A stretch of 64,000 nt of DNA. Source: Minisyncoccota bacterium. Its GTDB lineage: Bacteria > Patescibacteriota > Minisyncoccia > Phycocordibacterales > UBA1006. The stretch lies in NCBI GenBank assembly GCA_036405175.1, contig DASWYC010000002.1, forward strand, positions 403,714 to 467,713, in the 5' to 3' direction. How positions within the stretch are numbered: position 1 is the stretch's first letter; each line of letters opens with the position of its first letter. Both the position numbers and the translations under genes were made by a program. This document shows positions 23,307-32,242 of the stretch, piece by piece. Under the pieces are notes generated by a model. The model was not told where the DNA came from, searched no databases, and was given only the letters and a program-made list of their open reading frames with translations.

Positions 23307-24794
23307 ATGTACACCATGCTTAGTATTATTTTTGACAAACTCAGCCGATTCTCTCCTATCAAAAAGCTTTGTTTTATTCTCTTTGGTATCCTTGCAACAA
23401 CAAGCTTGGTTGTTGTTTTGATAATGGCACCTCGCGTTCTTCTTGCGCGCGAACCAATCAAAGGCGGGCGTATTAAGATTGCCCTCAATAGTTCAGTAGA
23501 AATTCCACTTCCCTATCAAGAGCAAACGTTGGCTGATCTTATGATAAGTCGGTTAGTATTTGGACAGGCAGGTTTTATACGAGAAGGAGAACTCATTCCT
23601 GATCTTGCAGAAAGTATTACAATCGAAGAAGGCAATACCATAATTACTCCTCATGCCCATATTTCTTTTCACAATGGAACCCCTATTACCGCAGAAGACA
23701 TCATGTATTCTTTAAATGAAGCATTTAATAAAAGCACTATCTCAAGTATTCCTCAAATTGAAATTACTAACACTGGCGTGATCATTCATTCATTTACCAA
23801 CACATCACCATACTTCCGTGAGATTATTGAGGCACCCTGGATATCTGAAGAATTATTTAAGCAAACTCCGCCAATCAAACGCATCAGTAATCTTGAAGCG
23901 ATTCTTGCTTCAGGTTCTGGTCCTTACAAAATCACCAGCTCACCAACAAGTACTCATATTACTTTGCGTCATGTTCGCAATTATCCAGGACCATACTTTG
24001 CCTACAGTATTAATCTTTCAACGCATGCAGATATTTCTAACTCGCATACGCTATCACGTAATGAGGTAGTCGTGCAGGAATCAGAATCTCTTGTATTGCC
24101 TCAGCTTCCCGAAGATACAGAACCGCTTATGCTTCCGACAAAAAAGATTATTGGTCTTTTGATTGGCAAAAAGTTACCAACGGAACAAATTACTCCTATT
24201 ACATCGTTGATTCGTTCAACAGAACTCCACAACAAAGCGCTTGGAACATCGCAGTTCAGCATGATTCCATTTGATACCAAGATTCCAGAAGCATCTGTAG
24301 CACCTTCAAACCCTGCACGATTTGAACTTCTCTATCCTGAAAATTTATACTTCAAAACACTTGCAGAACGTATTCAACAGCAGGCACAAGAGCAATCTAT
24401 TGCCCTCACTATTACGCCGGTAAAAAACTATAATCTTAAGGCGCTTATTGAACAGCGCAACTTTGATGCACTTTTGTACGGTTACGAAATTAATACCCCA
24501 ACCGATATTCAACTCTTCTTTAAAGGTACCAATACCTATCCGGTAGGACTTAATATATTTGGTATTAACAGTTCAGAAATTGATACCTTAGTCAGTGGAA
24601 TTGTGCCGTCTCAATATTCTTCACTTAATGAAAAACTCCTTGCAACAAAAGCGTTTATTCCTTTTCTTTCTCCACACACGCTCATCTTTGCAAAAAAGTC
24701 AGTTCGTGGTATAGTTAATTACGATAAAGATAGATCACTTGATCTCTCTCAAGAACCTCGCTTTTGGTACACATCTGAAAAATTTATCTGGTAA
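23307..24794 (+). CDS. Extracellular solute-binding protein, family 5 (OppA/DppA-like), orphan
   Basis: N-terminal anchor, then 'GGRIKIAL....PDLAESITIEEGNTIIT...FHNGTPITAEDIMYSL', matching the SBP_bac_5 N-terminal signature. No permease or ATPase genes nearby. Confidence 0.7.
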   Translation: MYTMLSIIFDKLSRFSPIKKLCFILFGILATTSLVVVLIMAPRVLLAREPIKGGRIKIALNSSVEIPLPYQEQTLADLMISRLVFGQAGFIREGELIPDLAESITIEEGNTIITPHAHISFHNGTPITAEDIMYSLNEAFNKSTISSIPQIEITNTGVIIHSFTNTSPYFREIIEAPWISEELFKQTPPIKRISNLEAILASGSGPYKITSSPTSTHITLRHVRNYPGPYFAYSINLSTHADISNSHTLSRNEVVVQESESLVLPQLPEDTEPLMLPTKKIIGLLIGKKLPTEQITPITSLIRSTELHNKALGTSQFSMIPFDTKIPEASVAPSNPARFELLYPENLYFKTLAERIQQQAQEQSIALTITPVKNYNLKALIEQRNFDALLYGYEINTPTDIQLFFKGTNTYPVGLNIFGINSSEIDTLVSGIVPSQYSSLNEKLLATKAFIPFLSPHTLIFAKKSVRGIVNYDKDRSLDLSQEPRFWYTSEKFIW

Positions 24795-24860
24795 GTAAGA
24801 TTGGTAATCCCCGCGAGTTCTCATCAGTGCTTTTATTAGCTATTAGAAATTATTTTATTT

Positions 24861-26888
24861 ATGAACAATCATCCACAAGGTGACGATCGGCGCGAGAATT
24901 CTCACAAGAATAAAGATGGGAAATTCCATACGCGTGTATTCCGCAAGGAAGAATCGACGGTCACCAAGCCAACACTCCATAAGAGTTTTGTGCAAAAAAA
25001 CAATACACCTAATAAGCAGGCGATTGCATCTGCATTTGTTGAGAAAAAGAAATTTGAACCTCGCCAGCAGCAGAATCGCAATAATCATCATCGCGGTCAT
25101 CAACAGCGTGATCATCATGATAACAATCACAACGAGGATTCTCATGACAATCTTGTGTCAGTTGAACCATTTGGAACAGAAGGTGTTGATCGCTTCCCTG
25201 TTGCAGAAAAAGATGTGGTACGTGTAGTACCTGTCTGCGGTGTTGAAGGTATTGGAACCAACATGTTCTTTATTGAATACAATGACCAGATCGTTGTGCT
25301 TGATGCAGGACTTGGGTTTGCCACTGAAGCTACTCCGGGAATTAATTACACTATTCCTGATGTTTCATATCTTAAACTCCACAAGCATAAGATTAAGGCT
25401 CTCGTGATTACTCACGGTCACCTTGACCACGTAGGAGGAATTCCATTTGTAATGGAAGCTATGGGAATGCCACCAATTTATACCCGTGAATTTGGTGCCC
25501 TCTTTATTAAGAAAAAACTTTCTGAATATCCTCATCTTAAAAACGTTGAAATTCGTGTAGTTGAAAAAGACGACGGCTATTTGAAACTTTCAGAAGATTT
25601 GAAAGTTAGATTCTTTGGACTTACTCACTCAATTCCTGACTCAACCGGGGTTATTATCATGACGCCGCTTGGAGGCATTCTTTCAACGGGAGACGTTCGT
25701 GTAGAGTCACGCAATGGAGAAGTATATCCAAGCGAATACGAACAGTATGCATTCCTTAAGAACGAAAATATCTTACTTGGAATGATCGACTCTACCGGTA
25801 TTGAAAAAACTGGCTGGTCAATTCCAGAAGATACCGTAGTTGAAAATGTTGATCACATTATTAAGGATGCTCCTGGACGTCTCTTTATTTCTTGTTTTGC
25901 ATCTCAGGTTGAACGCATTATGCAGTTTGCCGAAAGTGCTAAGAAATACGGAAAGTATGTGTTCTTTGATGGACGCTCGCTTCAATCAAATATGGCAATC
26001 GTTGATTTCCTCAAATTGAGCGATTTCCAACACGTATATCCAATTGAAGACGTTGATAAATATCCACCTCATAAAGTTGTGATTATTTTGACCGGCTCAC
26101 AAGGAGAAAAGTTTGCATCGCTTGATCGTTTGATTAATAAGTCTCATCGTTTCTTGCGATTCCAACCAACAGATACTGTAGTTCTTTCATCATCAATTGT
26201 TCCAGGGAATGATTATTCTGTGGCACAGCTGAAGAATGCATTGTATCGCAACCTTGAGCGCGTTATTACTTATAACGATACTCAGGTTCACGCGTCAGGA
26301 CACGGAACTCGCGAGGAGTTGTTGTGGATTCACCGTCAAATCGGGTATAAATATTTTGCACCAGTACACGGAGAACCGTACATGACTCGCCTCCATGCAC
26401 GCCTAGCAAAAGAAATCCTTGGTGTTCAAAAAGATAATATCTTGGTGTGTGACAACGGATCAGTAATGGAATTCCGCAACAATGGAGAAATTGTTGGAGC
26501 GGTACTTGATAAAAAACTTCCAACTGAAAGAATTATTGTTGATGGAAGTTATGTTGGACCAATGCGCCAAGTAGTGATTGATGATCGTATCCGTCTTGGA
26601 GAATCAGGAATCTTTACTATTGTGGTAACGCTTGACCCTAAGAGCTTACGCTTTAAGAAGTCTCCGGACATTCTCTCACGAGGAACTGTATACTTGCGTG
26701 ACTCACAAAAGCTTCTCAATAACTTGAGAAATCTTACCAAGCGTACTATTGAGTATTATCTTGCTAACTGCAACGGAAATCCTGATTTTGATGAAGCCAA
26801 GAAAATACTTGGTGACAAAGTTGCAAAATACATTGCACAGAAAATTGATAAAGAACCTATTGTCATTCCGGTGATTATTAGTGTTTAA
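24861..26888 (+). CDS. rnj: Ribonuclease J with a basic/His-rich disordered N-terminal extension of about 120 aa
   Basis: Metallo-beta-lactamase motif 'VITHGHLDHVGG', beta-CASP and C-terminal domain. N-terminus 'NRNNHHRGHQQRDHHDNNHNEDSHDN'. Confidence 0.92.
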   Translation: MNNHPQGDDRRENSHKNKDGKFHTRVFRKEESTVTKPTLHKSFVQKNNTPNKQAIASAFVEKKKFEPRQQQNRNNHHRGHQQRDHHDNNHNEDSHDNLVSVEPFGTEGVDRFPVAEKDVVRVVPVCGVEGIGTNMFFIEYNDQIVVLDAGLGFATEATPGINYTIPDVSYLKLHKHKIKALVITHGHLDHVGGIPFVMEAMGMPPIYTREFGALFIKKKLSEYPHLKNVEIRVVEKDDGYLKLSEDLKVRFFGLTHSIPDSTGVIIMTPLGGILSTGDVRVESRNGEVYPSEYEQYAFLKNENILLGMIDSTGIEKTGWSIPEDTVVENVDHIIKDAPGRLFISCFASQVERIMQFAESAKKYGKYVFFDGRSLQSNMAIVDFLKLSDFQHVYPIEDVDKYPPHKVVIILTGSQGEKFASLDRLINKSHRFLRFQPTDTVVLSSSIVPGNDYSVAQLKNALYRNLERVITYNDTQVHASGHGTREELLWIHRQIGYKYFAPVHGEPYMTRLHARLAKEILGVQKDNILVCDNGSVMEFRNNGEIVGAVLDKKLPTERIIVDGSYVGPMRQVVIDDRIRLGESGIFTIVVTLDPKSLRFKKSPDILSRGTVYLRDSQKLLNNLRNLTKRTIEYYLANCNGNPDFDEAKKILGDKVAKYIAQKIDKEPIVIPVIISV

Positions 26889-26899
26889 TGCATCAGACT

Positions 26900-26947
26900 G
26901 ATGGCATCAAAAAATTAGCACATTCGTGCTAATTTTTTGATGCCATC
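26900..26947. terminator. Bidirectional terminator, long perfect hairpin
   Basis: GATGGCATCAAAAAATTAGCAC-ATTC-GTGCTAATTTTTTGATGCCATC. Lies between convergent rnj and the GNAT gene. Confidence 0.6.
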
Positions 26948-26978
26948 TTCTTTATTCAGTTTCATAAAAAAGAACTCA

Positions 26979-27545
26979 CTACCCAGTGAGTTCTTTTTTG
27001 AGATAGACAAGAGTATTCTCGTCATTGAGTTGATGCCATACGAATTTAAATCCGCTTACCAAAGCAAGATTTCGCGATATCTCATTGTCTTTATCAATCT
27101 TTGAAACAATGAGGGTATTCGGCTCTTTAACCGAGTCAACCCTATCAACAATCTTTCGTGCTTCGTTGAGGATGTGCTTCATCATTCCTTTTCTTCGCAT
27201 ACTGCGAATAATAACGTATTCAAGGGAAGCAGCTCGGCTTATTGTTTGTCCATATTGCTCAGATATGAAATAAATATTAAACATTCCGACGGGAATTTCT
27301 TCGTAGAAGATTACAAAACATTTCCATGATTCTTTATCGGTAAGGTTTTTATACTTTTCAATAAAACTTTGTATGCTGCTTGCAAGGATAAAGTCCCGCC
27401 CCAAGAAAACCCTTTCTTGTTCGAGCAAGTCTGCACGTAGCGCGCTAATAAATCCCTTATGCTGACGCGAAAGTTCGTCCAGCCGGATATCTTCGTTGAT
27501 TTCTATTGTCATGTTATTTGTTTTTAATTTCCTCCACAATAGCAT
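26979..27545 (-). CDS. GNAT-family N-acetyltransferase (probable start MTIEI at 27512)
   Basis: 'LEYVIIRSMRRKGMMKHILNEARK' resembles acetyl-CoA-binding motif A (R-x-x-G-x-G/A). Confidence 0.55.
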   Translation of the reverse strand: MLLWRKLKTNNMTIEINEDIRLDELSRQHKGFISALRADLLEQERVFLGRDFILASSIQSFIEKYKNLTDKESWKCFVIFYEEIPVGMFNIYFISEQYGQTISRAASLEYVIIRSMRRKGMMKHILNEARKIVDRVDSVKEPNTLIVSKIDKDNEISRNLALVSGFKFVWHQLNDENTLVYLKKELTG

Positions 27546-27572
27546 ACTTATCAGGAATGGTAAACTATATCC

Positions 27573-28745
27573 ATGCGTAAAGTTTTTTCTCAGTCTATGA
27601 TTCTGGCACTTTTTGTGGCATTTTTGTATGAATCAGAAAGCGCCCTGCTTTCCTATATTAACTCAACATTTTTGACAGAAAACTTCAATCTAAGTGCTGA
27701 TCAGGTAGGATTATTGTTTAGTGCAGGGTCTATTATCTCGCTTATCCTGCTATTTATTGCCCCAAAATATATTTACAAATTTGGAAAGCAAAAGATTCTT
27801 GTTACGTTTTCTTTAATAACAGCTCTTTGTGTATTCTTAGTTTCAAGTATTCCATTTCCGCTGGCGGCATTTATGTTTATTCTGTTCTTAGCAGGAAACC
27901 AGATTATTTGGTATCTGATTGATCTTGAAGTTGAAGATGAAACACCTGTTAAAGATACTGGGCGCATGCGAGGAGTTCTATTTACCCTTCTAAATTTTTC
28001 CTGGCTCATCTTTCCTGCGCTTGCTGCGCGACTTATTGGGCATGGAATCTCACTTTCTGCATTTTATACCTGGACAGCCGTTGCGCTCGTCACCATTGCA
28101 ATCACCACCCTTCTTCAACCAGATTCTAGAATGACACCAAAGATCTCACCATCTCAGGTTTCATATGCCCATATTCTTGAATTCTTTAAGAGCACCGAGC
28201 GCAATATACTGTTTGGTGTTCACCTTATTTTAAAGATTTTCTATGCAGTGATGATTATTTATACACCGCTCTACTTGCGTGAAGTACAAAACATTCCCTG
28301 GTCGCAAATTGATGGTATCTTTTTTGTAATGTTACTACCATTTGTACTGTTAGAATTTCCGATTGGTTATCTTGAAGATAAAAAATTTAAAGAACACTTT
28401 TTCTTACGTATTGGTTTTGTGGTTATGTTTATTTCGCTTATTGTATTTGTCTTAACTACTTCACCCAAGTGGATTATATGGGCACTTATTTTATTCAGCA
28501 CCCGTATTGGAGCAGCACTCATTGAAGTGAGTGCTGAGTCTGCATTCTTTAAAAAAATTAAACGTTCTGAGATTGAATTTATATCAGTATTTAGAAGTGC
28601 AACACCTATTGCCTTTATTGTGACACCGATTTTTGCATCAGTTCTTATTTCTTCATCAAGTCAGATTTTAGCTGCGTTTACTATCCCAATCGTACTAAGT
28701 GGTTTAGGATTCTATAAATCGTGGCAGCTTTCTCGATTAAAATAA
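27573..28745 (+). CDS. MFS transporter
   Basis: About 12 hydrophobic helices in 390 aa with a cytoplasmic-loop motif 'DTGRMRGV'. Confidence 0.75.
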   Translation: MRKVFSQSMILALFVAFLYESESALLSYINSTFLTENFNLSADQVGLLFSAGSIISLILLFIAPKYIYKFGKQKILVTFSLITALCVFLVSSIPFPLAAFMFILFLAGNQIIWYLIDLEVEDETPVKDTGRMRGVLFTLLNFSWLIFPALAARLIGHGISLSAFYTWTAVALVTIAITTLLQPDSRMTPKISPSQVSYAHILEFFKSTERNILFGVHLILKIFYAVMIIYTPLYLREVQNIPWSQIDGIFFVMLLPFVLLEFPIGYLEDKKFKEHFFLRIGFVVMFISLIVFVLTTSPKWIIWALILFSTRIGAALIEVSAESAFFKKIKRSEIEFISVFRSATPIAFIVTPIFASVLISSSSQILAAFTIPIVLSGLGFYKSWQLSRLK

Positions 28746-28746
28746 T

Positions 28747-29523
28747 CTAAGTAATTTTATAAAAACGATTGAAATTTTGAAGTATTATTTCTTCAAGAGA
28801 TTCTTGAGGGATTCCTTTTACTTCTGCAATATGTCTGTATACTTCTTCAACATATTTTGGATAACAGGTCTGCCCACGATACTTTTTTGGTGAAACAAAT
28901 GGTGCGTCAGTTTCAAAAAGCATTCTATCGAGCGGTACATATTTGAGAACTTCATCAAATTCAGCAGTTAATGTAACGACACCGGTGAATGAAAGCATGC
29001 ATCCGCAATCAAGAAATCTTTGAGCATAGTTTTTATTACCAACATAAAAATGAATTTGTGCACCTTTCCAGCGTGAATCGCTAGTATAATCTGCAAATAC
29101 TCTAAGAGTTTCCTCATATGCATCTAGTGTAAACTTGGTTGAACGTGTATGAATCATGAGTGGCTTGTTATATTTGAGCGACTGTTCAATCTGTGCTCTA
29201 AAAACTTGCTCCTGGTCTGCAATTACGGTAGATTTTTCATCTCTAAAGAAATCAAAACCACACTCACCAATTCCGATTACTCGTGATTGATTAATAAGTT
29301 CATCAATAAATGAAATATCTTTCCCGTCACAAATATCACTTGGATGAATACCCACCGTGGCAAAAATATTTTGATTTTGTGCAGCCAACTTAGCGGCATA
29401 TTCTGAGGTTTCTTTATTAATTCCAACGCACACCATCTGCATATCTACATGACTCTGTAGAACCTCTGCCTCTTCATGTGTAAGTGGTGCCAAATTTAAA
29501 TGACAATGTGAATCCAAAAGCAT
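28747..29523 (-). CDS. tatD: TatD-family metal-dependent hydrolase/DNase
   Basis: 'MLLDSHCHLN', 'GIHP', 'IGECGFDF', 'HTR', 'ETDAPF' metal-ligand motifs. Confidence 0.9.
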   Translation of the reverse strand: MLLDSHCHLNLAPLTHEEAEVLQSHVDMQMVCVGINKETSEYAAKLAAQNQNIFATVGIHPSDICDGKDISFIDELINQSRVIGIGECGFDFFRDEKSTVIADQEQVFRAQIEQSLKYNKPLMIHTRSTKFTLDAYEETLRVFADYTSDSRWKGAQIHFYVGNKNYAQRFLDCGCMLSFTGVVTLTAEFDEVLKYVPLDRMLFETDAPFVSPKKYRGQTCYPKYVEEVYRHIAEVKGIPQESLEEIILQNFNRFYKIT

Positions 29524-29526
29524 ACA

Positions 29527-30963
29527 CTATTTACGTTCAAAGAGCGGTGTTGCGGGCATCGTATTAATACTAATAGCAAGCAAAATCTGATGAGCGGCAC
29601 CAGGAATAAGTGGTGTCAAATGAGTAGCAACTTTATAGAGTTTCTGCACCAATTCCTTAATCATTGCTTTTCCTTTTTCTTCGTCTTCTTTCACAACTTT
29701 AAATGGAGCTTGTTCAGAAATATAAGTATCAATTTCTTTAATCCAACTAAATACCAAATCGTAAGCTTTTTGAGAATCCAAATCTTCCTCCATAAGACGT
29801 ACAAATTCTGGATCAAATTCAGGAGTATCTTGGGGCATATCATGCGCCTGCAACCAAGTTTCTGAAAGCTTCATAATACGATTAGTAAGATTTCCAATAC
29901 CATTTACCAAATGAGCGTTATACCATTCTGCTGCATACTTGTGACTAAAGTCAGAATCTTCAAACATTGAAAGATGACGAATGAGCATATAACGGAGGGC
30001 ATCCAACCCATACGCTTCAATAACTTCTGCTGGTGCTACAACATTGCCTAAAGACTTAGACATCTTTATACCGCCCTCGGCCATAATAAATCCGTTATCG
30101 ACCAAATACTCTGTTGGCTTAATACCAATAGATAGGAGCATTGATTGCCACATTGCTGTTTGCTGACGCAGATTATCTTTACCAAAAAATTGATAGGTGG
30201 TTCCTTCATTCCAAAATTCATCAAACTGTTGCCCATCCGGCCAACCAAGTGTTGAGATATAATTTACGAGCGCATCAAACCATACATACATCACCTGCGA
30301 GTCATCTCCGGGAACCAAAATTCCCCACGGCATTTTTTCTCTTGATCGCGATATTGAAAAATCCTGAAGACCGCGCTCAATAAATGATGTGATTTCTTTT
30401 TGACGATGTACGGGAAATACTACTGACTTTTTATCAGTATACATTTTAAGAAGCTTATCCTGAAACTTTGAAAACGCAAAGAAATAATTTTCTTCCTGAA
30501 TAATTTCCAGATCACGATTAGGGTGAAGCGGACAACGCCCATCAACAAGTTCCGAATCGGTTTTTTCAAGCTCACATCCGACACAATACTTTGCATTATA
30601 GGTAGCTTTATAAATATATCCGGCAGCTTCGCAGCGCTTCCAAAACTCTTGGGCAGCTAAAATATGATGGGTGTCGGTGGTACGAATAAAATGAACAGAA
30701 GTGTGGATACCAAGCTCCTCAAGAAGTTGTTTAAACTTTGCTGCATTAGTATCTACATAGTCTTGAACAGGAACTCCTTCTTTTTCTGCAGCCTCCCAGA
30801 GCTTTTTTCCATGCTCATCGGTTCCCGTACTAAAAAACACGTTATGTCCTTTTTGGATATAATAGCGCGCCAACACATCAGCACGAATAATTTCCTTAGC
30901 AAAACCAATGTGTGGCTCTGCATTAACATATGGAAGGGTTGTGGTGATGTAAATATTTTTCAT
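29527..30963 (-). CDS. metG: Methionyl-tRNA synthetase
   Basis: 'ITTTLPYVNAEPHIGF' (HIGH region) and 'KMSKSLGNVV'. Confidence 0.92.
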   Translation of the reverse strand: MKNIYITTTLPYVNAEPHIGFAKEIIRADVLARYYIQKGHNVFFSTGTDEHGKKLWEAAEKEGVPVQDYVDTNAAKFKQLLEELGIHTSVHFIRTTDTHHILAAQEFWKRCEAAGYIYKATYNAKYCVGCELEKTDSELVDGRCPLHPNRDLEIIQEENYFFAFSKFQDKLLKMYTDKKSVVFPVHRQKEITSFIERGLQDFSISRSREKMPWGILVPGDDSQVMYVWFDALVNYISTLGWPDGQQFDEFWNEGTTYQFFGKDNLRQQTAMWQSMLLSIGIKPTEYLVDNGFIMAEGGIKMSKSLGNVVAPAEVIEAYGLDALRYMLIRHLSMFEDSDFSHKYAAEWYNAHLVNGIGNLTNRIMKLSETWLQAHDMPQDTPEFDPEFVRLMEEDLDSQKAYDLVFSWIKEIDTYISEQAPFKVVKEDEEKGKAMIKELVQKLYKVATHLTPLIPGAAHQILLAISINTMPATPLFERK

Positions 30964-30967
30964 AGAT

Positions 30968-32176
30968 TTACTTTACAATATCGATTTTTGCAAATCGCTT
31001 TTTACCGATCTTTAAAATACATGAAGTATCCATCGTTGCTTTTGGATCAGAAATGGTGGATTCTTCATCTCCTACAACTTTTACCGCTCCTTCTTCAACA
31101 AGACGGCGCCAATCAGTTTTTGATGAAACCACCCCACCTTCAATCAAAACCTCTGCAAGCTCTTTACCGCTATTTACCACGAAAGTTTCAATATCATCAG
31201 GAATACCGCCTTTTTGGAATGCAGTTGACCATGACTCTGCTGCTTTTTCGGCAGCTTCTTTTGAGTGGAAAAAGGTAACAATTTCAAATGCCAATTCTTT
31301 TTTGAATTGCATCGGATTTTCTCCAGCCTCTATAGCTGATTTAATTTCTGCAATGCGATTCATTGGAACCCGAGTAATTGATTCAAAATAATTCAAAATA
31401 ACATCATCAACTACTGACATTACCTTTCCATACATATCTTCTGGAGTTGCATTAATTGGAATATAGTTCTTAAGACTCTTTCCCATTGGACGACCGTCTG
31501 CACCAAGAAGAAGTTTCATGGTGATGATTGATTGAGGATCTTGTTTATGCTGTTCCATTAAATGACGTCCCATCAAAAGATTAAAGGTTTGATCAGTTCC
31601 CCCCAATTCAACATCACAGTTGAGTGCAACAGAATCGTAGCCCTGCATAAATGGATACAAAAATTCATCAAATCCAATTGGCTTTCCTTCTTGATAACGA
31701 AGCTTAAACGTCTCGCGATCAAACATTTTTTGAAGCGTTACGGTTTTAGTCATCTGAATAACTTGCAAGAATGTAAGCTTTGAAAGCCACTCTGAGTTGT
31801 AACGAATAGTGGTTTTTGATTCATCAACCGTCTTAAAGAATTGGTTTTTAAATCCCTGCATAAACTCTCCAATTTGTTCTGTTGAAGTTTCTGAACGCTG
31901 ATCAACTTTATCTGAGTGATCACCAACAAGGGTGGTGTAATCTCCGATAATGAGTGTTACTTCATGACCAAGATCTTGGAAATCACGCAACTTACGATGA
32001 ATTACCCCATGACCAAAGTGAAGATCTGACCCGGTTACATCCGTTCCCAATTTAAAGTGAAGCTTCTTTCCTGAAAGGAGTTTTTTTCTAAGTTCTTCAC
32101 CTCCAAAAACTTCGTGAACACCACGTGTTAAAAGCTCATCGAGCTCTGATTCTGTAGGAATACGGACGTTTGACAT
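30968..32176 (-). CDS. tyrS: Tyrosyl-tRNA synthetase with a C-terminal S4 domain (track ORF extends to 32194)
   Basis: 'HFGHGV' HIGH-like, 'KMGKS' KMSKS-like, C-terminal S4-like 'SKTDWRRLVEEGAVKV'. Forms an operon with metG-tatD. Confidence 0.88.
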   Translation of the reverse strand: MSNVRIPTESELDELLTRGVHEVFGGEELRKKLLSGKKLHFKLGTDVTGSDLHFGHGVIHRKLRDFQDLGHEVTLIIGDYTTLVGDHSDKVDQRSETSTEQIGEFMQGFKNQFFKTVDESKTTIRYNSEWLSKLTFLQVIQMTKTVTLQKMFDRETFKLRYQEGKPIGFDEFLYPFMQGYDSVALNCDVELGGTDQTFNLLMGRHLMEQHKQDPQSIITMKLLLGADGRPMGKSLKNYIPINATPEDMYGKVMSVVDDVILNYFESITRVPMNRIAEIKSAIEAGENPMQFKKELAFEIVTFFHSKEAAEKAAESWSTAFQKGGIPDDIETFVVNSGKELAEVLIEGGVVSSKTDWRRLVEEGAVKVVGDEESTISDPKATMDTSCILKIGKKRFAKIDIVK

Positions 32177-32214
32177 ATATATGTATAGTAGCAATTTTTA
32201 GCTTAAAAATCAAA

Positions 32215-32242
32215 AACACTCACCGCCCTACGCGTGAGTGTT
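32215..32242 (-). terminator. Terminator of the giant gene
   Basis: AACACTCAC-(10-nt loop)-GTGAGTGTT directly abuts the stop codon. The minus sense is followed by TTTTGATTTTT. Confidence 0.55.

Noticed and set aside
24855-25227. Antisense/alternate-frame ORFs over the RNase J 5' region (24855..25145 minus; 24880..25227 plus)
   Set aside because: Low-complexity translations from the codon-biased His/Asn/Gln-rich extension of rnj. No independent support.
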